A DNA stretch of 64,000 nt from Candidatus Eiseniibacteriota bacterium (GTDB lineage: Bacteria > Eisenbacteria > RBG-16-71-46 > JACRLI01). Positions 61,975 to 64,000 of this stretch are shown piece by piece (positions within the stretch are counted from its first letter, which is position 1; the number at the start of each line of letters is the position of its first letter). A model generated the notes under the pieces. The model was not told where the DNA came from. It worked only from the letters and a program-made list of their open reading frames with translations, and made no database searches. The stretch covers positions 9,216 to 73,215 of the forward strand of contig JANXVU010000073.1 of NCBI GenBank assembly GCA_025351485.1. The letters run 5' to 3'. Made by a program: the position numbers and the translations under genes.

Positions 61975-62787
61975 ATGGCCTGGACCCGCTTTCAGGTGCG
62001 CCTCCTCGGCCTGACGCCCGCGGCCGAGGGGCAGTACGTGGCCGAGTTCCGGCTGCAGGGCCCCGCTCCGGACGCATCCCCGGGGCAGTTCGTGCAACTG
62101 TCGCTTCCCGGCGTCTTCTGGCCGCGCCCGTTCAGCCTGCTGGACTGGGAGGTGCGGGATGGCGCGGCGCACTTCCGGATCCTCTTCGCGGTGGTGGGCG
62201 AGGGCACCCGCGCGCTGCGGTCCATGTCCGCGGGCGATCTGGTGGAAGGCCACGGCCCGCTGGGCCTCGGCTATCCCGCGATCGAAGGACCCACCTGGAT
62301 GATCGCCGGCGGATACGGCGTAGCCCCGCTGCTGTTCGCGTTGCGCGCCTCCGCGCCGGGCGCGCAGCAGAGCGCCCGCATTTTCTATGGAGCCGCGCGT
62401 GCCGATCTGCTGTGGCGCTCGCCCGAGCTGGACCGCTTCGCCGCCACGCTCACCACCATGGACGGCAGCGCCGGACGGCGCGGAACGGTGCTGGACGCGG
62501 TGCGCGCCGAGCTCGATGCCGGCGGGGCCCGTCCAGTCCTGTACGCCTGCGGCCCGATGGGGCTCCTGGAAGCGGTGCATCACCTGGCGGTGGAGCGCGG
62601 CCTGCGGGCCATGGTCTCCATCGAGACGCCGATGCCGTGCGGCATGGGCGTGTGCCGCGGGTGCGCCGTGCCGCTCGCCGCCGCCGAAGCCACGGACGAG
62701 AAGCGCTATGTGATGGCCTGCGAGGACGGCCCGGTGATGGATTCCGCGCGGGTGGACTGGGAGCAGGAGCGGGCATGCCGGATCTAG
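61975..62787 (+). CDS. pyrK: Dihydroorotate dehydrogenase B electron transfer subunit
   Basis: PGQFV, RPFS, GPLG.G, AGG.G.AP, CGP, M.CG.G.C.GC...C.DGPV. Confidence 0.93.
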   Translation: MAWTRFQVRLLGLTPAAEGQYVAEFRLQGPAPDASPGQFVQLSLPGVFWPRPFSLLDWEVRDGAAHFRILFAVVGEGTRALRSMSAGDLVEGHGPLGLGYPAIEGPTWMIAGGYGVAPLLFALRASAPGAQQSARIFYGAARADLLWRSPELDRFAATLTTMDGSAGRRGTVLDAVRAELDAGGARPVLYACGPMGLLEAVHHLAVERGLRAMVSIETPMPCGMGVCRGCAVPLAAAEATDEKRYVMACEDGPVMDSARVDWEQERACRI

Positions 62788-63731
62788 CCCCGCTCTCGAT
62801 TTCGCTGGGACCCTTCCGGCTGCGCACCCCGGTGTTGCTGGCCTCCGGCTGCTGCGGCTACGGCCCGGAGCTGGCCGGCTGCCTGCCGATGGAGGAGATC
62901 GGGGGCTTCGTCACCAAGACCGTCACCCTGAGGCCCCGCCCCGGTAATCCTCCGCCGCGCGTGCGCGAGACGGCCGGCGGCATGCTCAACTCCATCGGCC
63001 TGGAAAACGTGGGCCTGGAACGCTTCCTTTCGGAAAAGCTCCCCCAGATCCGCCGGCTTCCGCCGTTTCGCGTGGTGAGCCTGGGCGGCTACCAGGCTTC
63101 CGACTACGCGGAGCAGGCCGGGCGGCTGGACGGCCAGGACGGGTTCGAGGCCTTGGAACTGAATCTCTCGTGCCCCAACGTGGCCCAGGGCGGGCTCGAC
63201 CTGGGAACAGACCCCGCCCGGGTGCGCGAGGCGGTGCGCGCGGTGCGGGAGCGCACCGGCAAGTTCCTGATCGCCAAACTCACCCCCAACACCCAGGACG
63301 TGGTGGCGCTGGGTCGGGCGGCCGAAGAGGGCGGCGCGGATGCGGTATCCGCGATCAACACCCTGGTCGGGACCGGCGTGGACTGGCACACCCGCACGGC
63401 CATGCCTTCGCCCGGAAGCGGCGGCCTGTCGGGCCCGGCCATCCGGCCGGTGGCGCTGGCGATGGTGTGGAAGCTCTCCCGGGCGCTCCAGGTGCCGGTG
63501 ATCGGGATCGGCGGGATCATGGATGCGCGCGACGTGCTCGAGTTCGTGCTGGCCGGCGCCAGCGCGGTGCAGGTGGGAACGGCGTTGTTCCTGGATCCGT
63601 CCGGCGCGCGGGTGCGCGCGGCCGCGCTCCGGGGGGAGATGGATATCCTGCGCGTGGGGAGTTGCGAAAGCCTCCGGGGCAACCTGGAAAAGCGCTCCAC
63701 CCACGCTCCACCCAGGGAGGCCCTGAGATGA
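62775..63731 (+). CDS. pyrD: Dihydroorotate dehydrogenase family 1B catalytic subunit
   Basis: ASGC, GNPPPR, GMLNSIGL.N.G, ELNLSCPNV, KLTPN, GGLSGPAIRP. Confidence 0.95.
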   Translation: MPDLAPLSISLGPFRLRTPVLLASGCCGYGPELAGCLPMEEIGGFVTKTVTLRPRPGNPPPRVRETAGGMLNSIGLENVGLERFLSEKLPQIRRLPPFRVVSLGGYQASDYAEQAGRLDGQDGFEALELNLSCPNVAQGGLDLGTDPARVREAVRAVRERTGKFLIAKLTPNTQDVVALGRAAEEGGADAVSAINTLVGTGVDWHTRTAMPSPGSGGLSGPAIRPVALAMVWKLSRALQVPVIGIGGIMDARDVLEFVLAGASAVQVGTALFLDPSGARVRAAALRGEMDILRVGSCESLRGNLEKRSTHAPPREALR

Positions 63732-64000
63732 GCGGACTTCGTGCCCGCACGCCCGGCGGCGTGCGGGTTTTTTTGGCGTTGGATTTCGAGAATTTACGCG
63801 AGGCCCGCGCGGAGTTGCGCAGGCTGGGCGGCGCCCGCTGCGGCGTGAAGGTGGGGCTGGAGCTGTTCACCGCAGCGGGGCCCGCGGCGGTGAAGGGATT
63901 TCGCAAGGACGGTTGGCGGGTGTTCCTGGACCTGAAGCTGCACGACATCCCACGCACCATTGAGCGCGCGGCCGCGGCGGCCGCGGCGCTGGGGGCGGAC
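63728..64000 (+). CDS. pyrF: Orotidine-5'-phosphate decarboxylase (partial, runs off window)
   Basis: Translated by hand: VFLALD, VKVGLELF, VFLDLKLHDIP. Confidence 0.93.
   Translation, partial: MSGLRARTPGGVRVFLALDFENLREARAELRRLGGARCGVKVGLELFTAAGPAAVKGFRKDGWRVFLDLKLHDIPRTIERAAAAAAALGAD

Overview
GC-rich bacterial chromosomal segment. Several proteins with FlgD/T9SS-like C-terminal domains and a SprE/PorW-like TPR lipoprotein suggest an FCB-related lineage such as Ca. Eisenbacteria (inference only). The left ~37 kb is a phosphate-homeostasis island: phoU, a porin-pstSCAB operon, a sixA / tandem Tmk-like / ppx / phoB / phoR operon, and a divergent beta-helix protein / TonB-dependent receptor / unknown-protein operon. 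It is interrupted by a decaying integron cassette cluster with attC sites but no integrase, a Cus-type metal efflux operon, and a UshA-like CxU selenoprotein gene. The right part holds EF-G2, yebC-ruvC-ruvA, rsgA, a penicillin acylase, ruvB, pccB and a PyrR-attenuated pyrimidine operon (pyrR-B-C-carA-carB-TPR-pyrK-D-F). Best leads: (i) a ~380-nt nested RNA structure downstream of a Pho-box-like repeat and upstream of the TonB operon; (ii) a tandem thymidylate-kinase-like pair that may be a non-canonical heteromeric polyphosphate kinase; (iii) an unannotated Sec readthrough gene; (iv) a Cys/His-rich leader protein ahead of the metal efflux operon; (v) a recurrent leaderless-promoter signature. 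All calls come from reading the sequence by eye; no database searches or folding programs were run.
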